DNA of 64,000 nt, taken from positions 160,660 to 224,659 of the forward strand of contig CAYRGD010000001.1 in assembly GCA_964423885.1 (NCBI GenBank), written 5' to 3'. Made by a program: the position numbers and the translations under genes. Positions 29,680 through 39,782 of the stretch are shown piece by piece. The notes below the pieces were generated by a model, which worked only from the letters and a program-made list of their open reading frames with translations, did not search any database and was not told the origin of the DNA. Within the stretch, counting starts at the first letter, position 1; every line of letters begins with the position of its first letter. The stretch comes from an uncultured Candidatus Saccharibacteria bacterium. GTDB taxonomy: Bacteria; Patescibacteriota; UBA1384; JACPKC01.

Positions 29680-31314
29680 ATGCCGGGCGTCACCGACATC
29701 ACAACCCAGCCGAAACCGGTCGTCCTCGCCATCCTCGACGGTTGGGGACTGTTGCCGTCGTGGCAACGTAACGCGATTGTCTCGACGCGGACCCCGACCT
29801 TCGACTACCTCTGGAAACACTATCCGCACGCCGTCCTGCAGTCGTTCAAGATGATCGGCAACCGCGACGGCCAGATCCGCTCGAGCGAGATCGGCCACGC
29901 CTCGATCGGTTCAGGCCGGATCGTCAAGGATGACCTGACCGAGCTGAATGCGGTGATCGAAAACGGCCGGTTTTACGGCAACGAGGTCTTGGGCGAGGCG
30001 ATGGCGCACGCGGTTGAGACGGGTAAGGCGGTGCATCTCATCGGGATCATGTCCGAGGGAGGCATCCAGGGATCGCTCGGCCATGCGGTCGCGCTCGTCA
30101 AGCTTGCGAAGCAGCGCGGCGTCAAGGAGCTCTGGCTCCATCCGATCACCGACGGGCTCGACGTCCCCGACCGGTCGGCGCCCGGGTACTTGCAAGCGTT
30201 GCAAGCGGCCTTGGAGGTGGAAGGTATCGGCATCGTCGCTACCGTACTCGGTCGCGCCTCGGCTATGAACCAAGACGGCGACTGGCGTGCTACCGCCCTT
30301 GCCTACCGCGCCTTGCTCTACGGCGACGGCCCGACGGCATCGTCGGCGCGCGAGGCGCTCGAAGCTGGATACGCGCGGGATGCGACCGACGCGACACTCC
30401 TGCCGACCGTCATCGCTCCTCCGGGCGAATCCCGGACGTTCGTGAAGGGAAGGATCCGGCCCGGCGACGTGGTCGTTGCCTGGAACTTCCGCCACGACGG
30501 CATGGAACAGCTCGTGCGCGCGATGCTCGACCCGTCCGCGTTGCGCCGCTACGCGGTGAGTCGCCAACTTCCGCTCGCGAAAACGTCCCGGTTCGTCACG
30601 CTCACCGACTACCGGATCACGCTTCCGGGCCTTGCCGCCGCGTTCCCGGCCGCGGAGCTTGGCAACACCCTCGCCGACCTGCTCGAACGGCACAATAAGA
30701 CCCAACTCCGGGTCGCTGAAACGGCCAAGTACCCGCACATCACGTACTTCTTCAACGGCGGACGGGCGGCGCCATACCCGCACGAGACCCGGATCATCAT
30801 TCCGTCGCGCAAGAGCCCGCCCGACCGTGCGCCGGAACTCGCGACCGGCGAGGTAGTCCGCCAGCTGGAACGACAGATCGACGCCAAGGCCGCCGATTTC
30901 ATGCTCGCCAATCTGCCGAACCTGGACGTGGTTGCCAAGACCGGCGACATGGCTGCCACGGCCAAGGCGGTCCAGGTAGTCGACGAGGCGCTCCGCCGGA
31001 TCGCGAACGCGACGCTGGCCGTAGGCGGCGTCCTGCTTGTCACCGCCGACCACGGCAACGCCGAGCAGATGCGCAGCCGTCCGACGGCGAGCCAGCGCCA
31101 TACGATCAGCCCCGTCCCGTTCCTGCTTATCGGCGAGGCGTACAAACGCACGCACGCGCCCGAGCGGGTCGATACCGAAGACGTGGTCGCCATGATGGTC
31201 CGGTCCGACCACACGCTTGCCGACGTCGCACCGACGATCCTCGAGCTGTTCGGCATCGCCAAGCCGAGCGACATGACCGGCAGCTCGCTGCTTGGCGAGC
31301 TGTCCACAAGATGA
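29680..31314 (+). CDS. Divergent GpmI paralog with altered active site
   Basis: Full-length iPGM architecture, but SSEIGH, GGIQGS, DGLD, GRASAMNQD, RHDG and DVVAKTG. Confidence 0.85.
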   Translation: MPGVTDITTQPKPVVLAILDGWGLLPSWQRNAIVSTRTPTFDYLWKHYPHAVLQSFKMIGNRDGQIRSSEIGHASIGSGRIVKDDLTELNAVIENGRFYGNEVLGEAMAHAVETGKAVHLIGIMSEGGIQGSLGHAVALVKLAKQRGVKELWLHPITDGLDVPDRSAPGYLQALQAALEVEGIGIVATVLGRASAMNQDGDWRATALAYRALLYGDGPTASSAREALEAGYARDATDATLLPTVIAPPGESRTFVKGRIRPGDVVVAWNFRHDGMEQLVRAMLDPSALRRYAVSRQLPLAKTSRFVTLTDYRITLPGLAAAFPAAELGNTLADLLERHNKTQLRVAETAKYPHITYFFNGGRAAPYPHETRIIIPSRKSPPDRAPELATGEVVRQLERQIDAKAADFMLANLPNLDVVAKTGDMAATAKAVQVVDEALRRIANATLAVGGVLLVTADHGNAEQMRSRPTASQRHTISPVPFLLIGEAYKRTHAPERVDTEDVVAMMVRSDHTLADVAPTILELFGIAKPSDMTGSSLLGELSTR

Positions 31315-31412
31315 CCGCGTGCGAAACAGAGCCGATCGGCGTATGATTGGTGCAAGCGCATCCGCGCGTATGACTTCAGTACATCCGACGCATCGAACCT
31401 AAGGAGGGTTGC

Positions 31413-32468
31413 ATGCACATGAATGCCCTGCGGCGGGTCAGGCAGGCCGCAGCAAGAGGGACAGGACTCGCACTCGTCGGCCTAATGGGGAGCGTGTCCG
31501 TTCTTGCTCTGCCCTTGTCCGCCACCGCAGCGGAGCTGACAGCCGAAAGCACCTCGCTGTCTGATCCGACCATCAGCCATGCGGCCACGACCTACACGGT
31601 CACGCAGAGTAGCGTGTCGCTGAGCGCGATCAAGTGTCTCCAAGTCGTGTTCAGCGTGAACGCCGACGGCACTGGCGGCGTTCCCACCGGCATGAGCACG
31701 ACCTCGGCCACGTTCAATGGCAGCTCGACCTACGTGCCGACCCCGGCATCCTGGTCGGTCGACGCGACCACGAACGGCACGGTCAACATTACCTTCGCGA
31801 CCGGCGAAACGCCGGCCTCCGCGTCGGGACGGACGATCGTGTTGGGCAGTATCACGAACGGCTCCACGGCCAATACCACCTACTACACCACCGTGCAGAC
31901 GTTCAATAACACCGACTGCTCGACCTCGCCGGTCGACGATGGTGGCCAGTCCACGTACGTGTTCGTGGACGGTGTGGTGGTGACTGCGACGGTCAACCCG
32001 ACGCTCACCTTTACGGTCGATTCCACCACTTGTAACCTGGGTACACTGACGTCTTCGAGTACCGGTAACTGCAGCCATACGATAACTGCGGCATCGAACG
32101 CGACGAGCGGCTACGTGATCTCGTACATCGCGAGTCCGACGCTCACGAGCGGCGGTAACACGATTACGGCCAACGGTGCGTCCGCGGTCGCCAACGCGAC
32201 CAACACCGAACAGTTCGGTCTCAACTTGGTGGCGAATAGCTCGCCTTCGGTCGGGGCTAACCCGTCGGGCGGTACCGGCGCTGCAGCGGCCAACTACAAT
32301 ACGGCGAACAGCTTCGCGTTCACGACTGCGGGCGCGACCGTCGCGACCACAGCTGGTCCGAGCGCGCTGACGACATATACGGTATCGTACATCGCGAACA
32401 TCGACGCGGTTACCGAAGCCGGCCTGTACACGAAGACGCAGACGTATACCATCACAGCAACGTACTAA
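31413..32468 (+). CDS. Secreted Thr/Ser-rich two-domain surface protein (WxL/pilin-like C-terminus)
   Basis: AAGGAGG SD, signal peptide, Cys pairs, ends AGLYTKTQTYTITATY. Confidence 0.8.
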   Translation: MHMNALRRVRQAAARGTGLALVGLMGSVSVLALPLSATAAELTAESTSLSDPTISHAATTYTVTQSSVSLSAIKCLQVVFSVNADGTGGVPTGMSTTSATFNGSSTYVPTPASWSVDATTNGTVNITFATGETPASASGRTIVLGSITNGSTANTTYYTTVQTFNNTDCSTSPVDDGGQSTYVFVDGVVVTATVNPTLTFTVDSTTCNLGTLTSSSTGNCSHTITAASNATSGYVISYIASPTLTSGGNTITANGASAVANATNTEQFGLNLVANSSPSVGANPSGGTGAAAANYNTANSFAFTTAGATVATTAGPSALTTYTVSYIANIDAVTEAGLYTKTQTYTITATY

Positions 32469-32487
32469 GAAAGGAGAGGGGCATATT

Positions 32488-33492
32488 ATGACTACGCATC
32501 GCATGAAACGTCTTGCTTTCGCCGCTGGCGTCGCGGCACTCGCGGGAATGGTAGGAGCGCCGCTCATCGCGGCTGCGCAAGCCGCCGCGACTACGACTAG
32601 CGCCAACGCGGTCGACGTATCGATCACGCCGCTCATCCGCGACGTGACAGCCAAACCCGGCGATACCTTCACGGGTTCGATCGAGGTGAAGAACGAATCG
32701 GATGCCAAGCAGACCTTTTTCCCGGCTGCCCGCGACTTCACGGCGTCGGACGACTCCACGAGCGGCGCACCCAAGTTCCTTGAGACAGCCGGTGTTCCCG
32801 AACAAAGCCTGTCGTCATGGGTCAAGTTCAAGCAGACTTCGGTGCCGATCGACGCGAAAAAGTCCGCGATGATCGACTACACGGTCGTCGTCCCCGCGAA
32901 CGCGGAACCGGGCGGCCACTATGCCGGCATCTTCGCTTCCACTCAGGCGCCTGATGTCACTGGCGGCTCGGGTGTCGCGATCGCCGCGCGGGTCGGCTCC
33001 CTGCTCCTGCTGACGGTGTCCGGCGATATCCGGACCTCGGCCGAGATCTCATCGTTCAAGACTGACAAGTCTGTCTACCAGTCCGGCCCGATCAGCTTTA
33101 TTGCCGACCTCAAGAACGACGGCAATATCCACTTCAAGCCGAAAGGTACGATCGATGTGAAGAACGGCACCATGGTCAAATCGGTGGCGTTCAACGAGAA
33201 TGGCGGCAACGTCTTGCCGTCGAGCGTCCGCGAGTTCACCAGTAACCTGGACGGCAACTTCGGATTCGGGCGGTACACGGCGACGCTGACGCTCACTGCG
33301 CAGGCATCGAACGGAGACACGATTCCCCTCACCTCGGTGGTCAGTTTCTGGGTGATCCCGATGAGCACCGTCCTCATCGCGCTCCTTATTCTCATCGTGC
33401 TCTACATGCTGCTCAAGAACGGCATGAAGGAAAGCAGCGCGAAGGGTGGCAGTAACATGGCGGCTCCGGCAACCAAGAAGGCGTCGAAGTAA
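32488..33492 (+). CDS. DUF916/WxL-interacting-protein-like protein with C-terminal TM
   Basis: Signal peptide, PG..SIEVKNES, SWVKF, VPANAEPGGHYAGI, NDGNIH, GRYTATL, FWVIP, TM, Lys tail. Confidence 0.75.
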   Translation: MTTHRMKRLAFAAGVAALAGMVGAPLIAAAQAAATTTSANAVDVSITPLIRDVTAKPGDTFTGSIEVKNESDAKQTFFPAARDFTASDDSTSGAPKFLETAGVPEQSLSSWVKFKQTSVPIDAKKSAMIDYTVVVPANAEPGGHYAGIFASTQAPDVTGGSGVAIAARVGSLLLLTVSGDIRTSAEISSFKTDKSVYQSGPISFIADLKNDGNIHFKPKGTIDVKNGTMVKSVAFNENGGNVLPSSVREFTSNLDGNFGFGRYTATLTLTAQASNGDTIPLTSVVSFWVIPMSTVLIALLILIVLYMLLKNGMKESSAKGGSNMAAPATKKASK

Positions 33493-33509
33493 CACGCGGC
33501 GCAGATCGG

Positions 33510-33546
33510 AACAACGACGGATCCCACAGGGTCCGTCGTTTTGTTT
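33510..33546 (+). terminator. Intrinsic terminator
   Basis: 12-bp stem AACGACGGATCC/GGGTCCGTCGTT followed by TTGTTT. Confidence 0.8.
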
Positions 33547-33586
33547 GGGCTAGTGCATTGCTATACTGGATCCGACATCGGAGGGA

Positions 33587-34612
33587 ATGATGGCGCAGGT
33601 GTTCAATCGGTTACTTGTCGTAGTTTGTGTGGCACTGACGGCCTTGCAGTTCTTCCCGTTGCCGCTTGAGGCCGCCGAACTGACTGCCGAGAGCGTCGCA
33701 CTCACTGATCCGACCGTCGGCCAAGCGGGTGTCACCTACGATATCGTGCTGGGAGGGCAATCTACGGCGGCGATCCGATGCATCACCGTTCGGTTCACCG
33801 GGACAATCGGCACGAACGACCCGCCTGCCGGCATGGATATTGGTAGCGCGGTTTTCGATGCGGCCAGCACGATCGTGCCTACGCCTGCGGCTTGGTCGGC
33901 AGTCGGTGTGAACGGTACCGGTATCGTAATGATTACGAATGCGCTCGGTGAAAATCCGGCCGGCGGTGCAAACCGGACGCTTATCCTGAACGGTATCACG
34001 AACGGCAGCGCAGGCAATACTACCTACTACGCCGAGGTAAATACGTTCGCCGATGCAGGGTGCACCGCCCTTGTCGATACCGACGGCCAGGCAGCCTTCG
34101 TGTTCACCTCCGGGGTACTGGTGACATCCACGGTAAACGACGTGCTCAACTTCTCGCTCACACCGGGGTGTTCTGCTGGTGAGCTCAATCAGGCAGCCGC
34201 CAAGACCTGTACGCTCGAGATGCATGCCTCGACTAATCATCCGACCGGGTACAGCGTGTCGTACTCGGCAGTGGAGACTATGCACGAAGCGTCCCACTTG
34301 GACACGATCGCTGCGGTAGGCGCTACCGCCCAGACGAGTGCTCCCGGCACGAAGCAGTTCGGGTTCAACCTGGTTGGTAACATGGTGCCGACAACAGGTG
34401 CCGACCCGGTCGGCGGTACCGGCGCTGCGTTCGGCCAGTACGCCATCGCGGACAAGTTTGCGTTCACGACCGCCGGCGGCACGATCGCCAGCGCTGCTTC
34501 TTCGAGTAGCGATACGCAGTATACGGTGTCGTACCTGGTCAACGTCGAGCCGAACATGGTGTCCGGTTCCTACGTAGCACAGCAGACGTACACGATCGTG
34601 GTGAATCCATGA
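33587..34612 (+). CDS. Paralog of the 31413 surface protein
   Basis: Shares AELTAES..L.DPT, ITNGS, QFG.NLV.N, GGTGAA, FAFTTAG and YTVSY; ends SGSYVAQQTYTIVVNP; own TGcTATACT promoter. Confidence 0.8.
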   Translation: MMAQVFNRLLVVVCVALTALQFFPLPLEAAELTAESVALTDPTVGQAGVTYDIVLGGQSTAAIRCITVRFTGTIGTNDPPAGMDIGSAVFDAASTIVPTPAAWSAVGVNGTGIVMITNALGENPAGGANRTLILNGITNGSAGNTTYYAEVNTFADAGCTALVDTDGQAAFVFTSGVLVTSTVNDVLNFSLTPGCSAGELNQAAAKTCTLEMHASTNHPTGYSVSYSAVETMHEASHLDTIAAVGATAQTSAPGTKQFGFNLVGNMVPTTGADPVGGTGAAFGQYAIADKFAFTTAGGTIASAASSSSDTQYTVSYLVNVEPNMVSGSYVAQQTYTIVVNP

Positions 34613-35235
34613 CGCGGCGATTTATTGCGCTCGGTATACTTACGGCCGTCGTAAGCTGGTCGGCAGTGACGCAGGGGGCAGATACGATTTCGATCGAACC
34701 GGCCACTGTGTCAGTACGTGTCGCGGCCGGTGAGGTGACGCTGCAAACGGTGTACTTCACGAACCGTAGCGGCGACACCAAGGCGTTCAGCGTCGAGCGG
34801 TCGGATTACCGGCCTGACGCCTCGTCACGGAACGCGTTCGAATTTCTGCCGGCCGGGAGTACCGACGATAGCATCCATCCGATGCTGGATGTCACGCCGT
34901 TGCGGTTCGAGCTCGGGTCGGGCAAGACGCAGGAACTGCTGGTTCGTATCCGGCCGGCAACGACGGCAAGCAACGGTAACTACAAAGGCGCGCTCTTTGT
35001 CGGCGAGGATCCGGGCGCTAGCGTCGACGCGTCACTCCAGGTGCTTGGGCGTGTCGGTACGATGATCGGCGTGACCGTGACCGACGGCCGGCCCCCCGCC
35101 GGCGTCCATCCGTTCACCGGCCAGCCGAACGCGTTGGCTGTCGCAGCGATCGCTATCCTTGCCCTCTTCTTCCTAGGTGTCGGCTTGGCAGCCGCCCGCA
35201 AGGCGCGCCAGCTGGAAGCCGATCGCATCTCCTAA
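34609..35235 (+). CDS. Single-domain DUF916/chaperone-like partner protein with C-terminal TM
   Basis: Signal peptide, ISIEPATV..YFTNRS..VTPLRFEL..GNYKGALF..GRVGTMI; resembles the N-domain of 32488. Confidence 0.65.
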   Translation: MTRRFIALGILTAVVSWSAVTQGADTISIEPATVSVRVAAGEVTLQTVYFTNRSGDTKAFSVERSDYRPDASSRNAFEFLPAGSTDDSIHPMLDVTPLRFELGSGKTQELLVRIRPATTASNGNYKGALFVGEDPGASVDASLQVLGRVGTMIGVTVTDGRPPAGVHPFTGQPNALAVAAIAILALFFLGVGLAAARKARQLEADRIS

Positions 35236-36590
35236 TGACTGCTAGCCCTGAGGATGCCCAAGCGGCGGTCGAACGGCTGCGCCAGGGCGGCTACGAGGCC
35301 TACTGGGTCGGTGGCTGCGTCCGGGATATCCTGCTCGGCCGAACGCCGAACGATTACGACGTGGTGACGGATGCGGTGCCTGACGACGTCGCCGCCTTGT
35401 TCGAACGGCACCATCCGGTCGGCAAGGCCTACGGCGTCATGCTGGTCGGCATCGGTTCCAGTCAGATCGAGGTCGCCACGTACCGGGCGGAACAGGGCTA
35501 CGCCGACCGCCGCCGGCCCGATACTGTCCGTTGGACTGACGCGAAGGGCGACGTGTTTCGCCGCGATTTCACCGTGAACGGCCTGCTCTACGATCCTGTC
35601 AGTCGCCACGTGGTGGATTACGTGGACGGCCAACGCGACCTCATGATCAAGATTATCCGCTGCATCGGCGATCCGGACGAACGCATCCGCGAGGATCCGC
35701 TCCGAATTTTGCGAGCGGTCCGATTGAAGAATGCCTTGGGTTTCCAATACGACCAGGCAACGTACCGGGCACTTGTCCGGCATGCGGCCGAGGTGTCGCA
35801 CGTGGCTTGGGAGCGGATCGGCGCGGAACTGACGCTCATGCTCGGCCATCCTTCCCGCGCCCAGGCGATCCGAGACCTTGACCGACTCGGCCTACTCCCA
35901 CTGCTCTTGCCCGAACTCGAAGCGACCAAGGGCGTGCCGCAGCCGATCGATTTCCACGCCGAAGGCGACGTGTTCGACCACTTGCTCCGTTCGCTCGCGT
36001 CGGTACCGGCGGATTCGCCAGCCTTTCTGGCGTGGGCTGTCTTGCTTCATGATATTGCCAAGCCCGCGACGCTTGCCTATCCCCCGTCGGCGAGCGCAGG
36101 CAGGATTACCACCTACGGCCATGCCAAGCAGTCAGCTGCGGTCGCGGAACGGATCCTGCGCCGGTTCCGACGACCTGCATCCGAGGTGCGGACGGTCGGT
36201 TGGCTCATTGACCGTCATATGAGCCTGCCGGCGCTCGAGCGGTTGCGTCCGCATAAACGAGAAGCGTTCTTGAGTGATCCGCGCTTTCCATGGTTGCTTG
36301 AGCTCCACCATGCCGACGCCGCCGGTGCAATACCGGTCGACCTGTCGTTCTATGCGAAGAACTTACAGCACTACCAGGAATGGAAACGGCTCCGCGCTAC
36401 CGTCGGATCATTCAAGTCGCTCGTCAACGGCCACGATTTGGTCGAAGCCGGTATTCCGTCGGGGCCGCATATGGGGGAGATCCTGCGTTTGGTACGTGAC
36501 GCAGAATTGACGCACCGCATAAACTCGAAGGCCGAGGCGATCGCGTACGCCAAAGAGCGGTATGCCAGTTACGGCAATGCGAACGCGTAA
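35235..36590 (+). CDS. cca: CCA tRNA nucleotidyltransferase with HD domain
   Basis: VGGCVRD, DYDVVT, RRDFTVN, EDPLRILRAVR, LLHDIAK, LVNGHDL. Confidence 0.9.
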   Translation: MTASPEDAQAAVERLRQGGYEAYWVGGCVRDILLGRTPNDYDVVTDAVPDDVAALFERHHPVGKAYGVMLVGIGSSQIEVATYRAEQGYADRRRPDTVRWTDAKGDVFRRDFTVNGLLYDPVSRHVVDYVDGQRDLMIKIIRCIGDPDERIREDPLRILRAVRLKNALGFQYDQATYRALVRHAAEVSHVAWERIGAELTLMLGHPSRAQAIRDLDRLGLLPLLLPELEATKGVPQPIDFHAEGDVFDHLLRSLASVPADSPAFLAWAVLLHDIAKPATLAYPPSASAGRITTYGHAKQSAAVAERILRRFRRPASEVRTVGWLIDRHMSLPALERLRPHKREAFLSDPRFPWLLELHHADAAGAIPVDLSFYAKNLQHYQEWKRLRATVGSFKSLVNGHDLVEAGIPSGPHMGEILRLVRDAELTHRINSKAEAIAYAKERYASYGNANA

Positions 36591-37249
36591 ACCGACACCG
36601 TGGTCGAGTACATGCCCGGCTGTTGGCTGAACGGCACGTTGAGCTTATAGGTGACAGTAGTGTCGTCCGGTGAGCTGATCGACTGCCCTAGAATGTGGTA
36701 GGTCGTCGGTGATGCGGTAGGAATCGCCGCGAACGCATTACCGTTGTCCCACTTGGGATCGACGTTCGTGCCAGCGCTAACACTGAAACCCAGGCCGGTG
36801 CCGCTGTATGTGGTCGGGCCGTCGATGTCGCTGCCATAGTCGCCGATCGTCGTTACCGTATCGGTATGCGTCATAGGCGCCGCCTTCGAAATTGCCAGGC
36901 TGTACCCAGCCGACGAATCCGTGCTGACCGTACTGGTTGTTGTGCCGCTGACAGGGCTTCCCGGTACAAGGTTACCAAGATCGACCGTCGGCGAGTTAAG
37001 GGTCAAGGTTACCACCGATCCCGTGACTGCCGGAAAACCGGTATCCAGATAGTAGTTGTCGCTGTTCGCAACGCCGACGATGGGCGCACCCGACGAACGG
37101 ATACCGAAGTTGTCCGAGCTTATGCTGTTGCCAAAGCTATGGATGCCGAACTGCGGGATCTTGTAGCTGTCCGATTCGAGCGCCAAGGCGCTGGCCGGAA
37201 TCACGATACCCAGAGTGAGCGTGGCGATGGCGATGATCCGTTTGTCCAT
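36569..37249 (-). CDS. Secreted protein with WxL/pilin-like C-terminal domain
   Basis: Signal peptide, TLTL..VDLGNL, STDSSAGYSL, YKLNVP..PGMYSTTVSVYA; similar to the C-domains of 31413 and 33587. Confidence 0.75.
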   Translation of the reverse strand: MDKRIIAIATLTLGIVIPASALALESDSYKIPQFGIHSFGNSISSDNFGIRSSGAPIVGVANSDNYYLDTGFPAVTGSVVTLTLNSPTVDLGNLVPGSPVSGTTTSTVSTDSSAGYSLAISKAAPMTHTDTVTTIGDYGSDIDGPTTYSGTGLGFSVSAGTNVDPKWDNGNAFAAIPTASPTTYHILGQSISSPDDTTVTYKLNVPFSQQPGMYSTTVSVYAFALP

Positions 37250-37255
37250 ACCCGC

Positions 37256-39706
37256 TTACTGCTGGATGGCGTAGTCGAACGTCGCATTCTTCGGCGCCGG
37301 CGTTGCAAAGGTGACCGTGAAGCCGTCGTTCGTTTTGTCGGTGACTGCGACCGTCGTCGCCCAGCTCGGCGTGATCGTAACTGCGTACGGTACTAGCGTA
37401 TCCGGCAGTGCGTCTTCGGGCGGTGTCAGGCCGAGTTTCGTGACGACGTACGATATGGCGTTTTTATCGACTGCCAGATCGATGCCGCGAGTCTTAGCGT
37501 TCCCTTTGATAGCGCCAGCGAGCGCAAGGTCGCCGCCGACCGACACGTCCTTGGCGAAGGTGGCGGTATCGCCGACCGCAAGAGTCCCTGCGAACTCGAC
37601 CGCTCCGGCGACATGGAGGGTGGCCAAGTGCGGCGAATCATTGACGGGCAGGTGGCCGTCACGGGCGTTCAATTCCTGGATCGCCTTGACCGCGTAGGCC
37701 AGGATGCCGTTGTAATTGAGCGACAGGTAGTCGTCGCCGCTGTTCTTATGGACCAGACCGGGCAAGACCTGCTGCACGTCTTGGGCAAGGAAGCCGCTCG
37801 AACCGGTCTGGCCCGAAATAAAGTCGTACGTCTTGGGCGAGAGCTGTTCGATTACCGACAAGCCGGTCGCAATATCGTTCACGTTCTTTTTAAGCCGCGC
37901 ATCCGATGCACAGGTGCCGATCATGCCGTTCGTATCGATACAAAGCTCATCGCCGCCAGCGGCCGACTCAATCGCGGTGTCGTAGAAGTTACCAGCGTCA
38001 ACGAACACGTTGTTGGTAACCGTTAGGCTTTGATCGGAATCAAGCATCATGCCGACGCCGTCAATGCCATGATCGTGCGCGTCAGTCGAGGTGCCGAAGA
38101 GCAGTGACATCTGGTCGCTTCCGTCTTGGAACGCCCACATACCGGCTACCGGTCGCGTTTGGCTGTAGTTGCTGGAATCAAGCGGGTCGTAGGTCGACCA
38201 GAACACACCGCCCTTATGCGTATCTTGTGCTGCATCGTTCGTGATTGTGATGCCGTTATCCTGGGTGTAGTTCAATAAACTACCGGTGTTGCCCATGCCG
38301 CTGCCAAAATGCGTATGATTGTACACACTTAATGTCGGTGTCGTTTCAGTGCTGCTGTCACCGACCGATACGTGGCCATTCGAGCCAAGGACGAATCCCC
38401 AGTTCTCAACGTTCCCGTTTTCGGCATCGCTGGTCGTGCCCATGCGGATCTGCGTGCCGGTACTTCCTTGCGCCAGATACATGACGCCGATCGGGCGGTT
38501 GGTATCACTAGTCCAGGTGATACCCGGAATGATTGTGTCGTCATGGTAGTCGCTGTTGATGACGAATGCGGCATAGACCGGGTTTGACATTACGTTGTCG
38601 AAGCCGTCGCCGCCTTGGTAGGCGCTGCTGTTGGAGTCGATGAATGTCGAGACCCTTCCTTGTGGATTCGTGGTCATGACGCCGAACTTACCGTCTGTCG
38701 TGAAGCCCGCAATGTCACAGCACCCGTTCGAGATAATGAGGTTGCCGTCGGTGCCGTCGCCCGGATCGGCTGGGTTTCCTACCCAGATGCGAAAGTCGCG
38801 GTCGCCAACGCCTGTTTCGGCAGCGGTGGCCACAAGATGTAACGACGATGGCCCCAGAAAGAGATCCCTCCATCGCGAGGTATCCGAACCCAGGCTGTAC
38901 GCATTGTCAGCATCGGGGCCAATGCTATCGCCCGCTTCGATACGGAAGTCATTGGTATTTGACGTGCCGAGTCCGACGCTGCCACCGTCGTCCGATATGA
39001 TCACGCTCCCCTTGGATCCGTCTTGTGTTGATCGGAGTACTAAATTATCCCCTCCGTCGACGCCCCCATACGCTGTCTGCCCGCCGGACACGCCGTCACG
39101 GATCAGGAAGTTTTCTGACGACAAGCCGTCCAGCTTGTCACTGTTGAACGCGTACGGAGCAGCGCCCAGGCGGATGCGCGGGGTCATTTCGTCGTCGCCC
39201 TCGACCGTAATGCCGAGCCACCATTCGTCGGTATTGAAGTCCACACCGCTCAAGTCATTGAGCGAGCCGAGCATGGTCGAGAAGATGCCGTCGACGGTCG
39301 CGATCTGGTCGCCGCCGGTGTGGGATTCACTCCAGACCGCGCCGCCGCCGCTCGGTACCGTATATAGCTGAAAGACCACATCGTAATTACCGTTCGATAC
39401 GACGGTGCCGTCGGGGTTGGTGAGACGGCCCTGGAACGGGATCTGGGCGAAGATGCCGTCCGCGGCCTTCGGGTTTTCGGCTGCGCGCGGACTGAAGATA
39501 ACCAGGCCGGCCATAAGGAATGCGGCCAACGCGACAAAGAGATGGGCAGGGACCCTGACCGGGCTATGGTGCCAATAGCGGTACCAGCCGACGCGATCGT
39601 GCAGGTACTCATGGATATGACGCGTGCCGGGAATATATCCGCGGCAGTTGCCACTGCTGTCGCACGTGTAGTTCGTAATGGTTCCCTCCCGATATGCACG
39701 CATCAT
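37256..39706 (-). CDS. Membrane-anchored tail-fibre-like protein with a peptidase S74 autocleaving chaperone domain (start ATG 39706/39703 or ATT 39679)
   Basis: [16 protein letters not shown]-domain, Gly-rich beta region, [30 protein letters not shown]. Confidence 0.85.
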   Translation of the reverse strand: MMRAYREGTITNYTCDSSGNCRGYIPGTRHIHEYLHDRVGWYRYWHHSPVRVPAHLFVALAAFLMAGLVIFSPRAAENPKAADGIFAQIPFQGRLTNPDGTVVSNGNYDVVFQLYTVPSGGGAVWSESHTGGDQIATVDGIFSTMLGSLNDLSGVDFNTDEWWLGITVEGDDEMTPRIRLGAAPYAFNSDKLDGLSSENFLIRDGVSGGQTAYGGVDGGDNLVLRSTQDGSKGSVIISDDGGSVGLGTSNTNDFRIEAGDSIGPDADNAYSLGSDTSRWRDLFLGPSSLHLVATAAETGVGDRDFRIWVGNPADPGDGTDGNLIISNGCCDIAGFTTDGKFGVMTTNPQGRVSTFIDSNSSAYQGGDGFDNVMSNPVYAAFVINSDYHDDTIIPGITWTSDTNRPIGVMYLAQGSTGTQIRMGTTSDAENGNVENWGFVLGSNGHVSVGDSSTETTPTLSVYNHTHFGSGMGNTGSLLNYTQDNGITITNDAAQDTHKGGVFWSTYDPLDSSNYSQTRPVAGMWAFQDGSDQMSLLFGTSTDAHDHGIDGVGMMLDSDQSLTVTNNVFVDAGNFYDTAIESAAGGDELCIDTNGMIGTCASDARLKKNVNDIATGLSVIEQLSPKTYDFISGQTGSSGFLAQDVQQVLPGLVHKNSGDDYLSLNYNGILAYAVKAIQELNARDGHLPVNDSPHLATLHVAGAVEFAGTLAVGDTATFAKDVSVGGDLALAGAIKGNAKTRGIDLAVDKNAISYVVTKLGLTPPEDALPDTLVPYAVTITPSWATTVAVTDKTNDGFTVTFATPAPKNATFDYAIQQ

Positions 39707-39782
39707 ACCAAACCGCGGCCGACAATATTCCACAGGCCCGCGATGCGCGGTATACTGCTTCCATATAAAAGGAGTGAGGACT

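Noticed and set aside
37256-39706. Prophage inferred from the tail-fibre domain
   Set aside because: The protein has a membrane anchor and lies between cca and clpB, with no structural, packaging or integrase genes
39711-39782. CIRCE or CtsR heat-shock operator before clpB
   Set aside because: No TTAGCACTC-N9-GAGTGCTAA or CtsR heptad repeat seen; only a TATACT box
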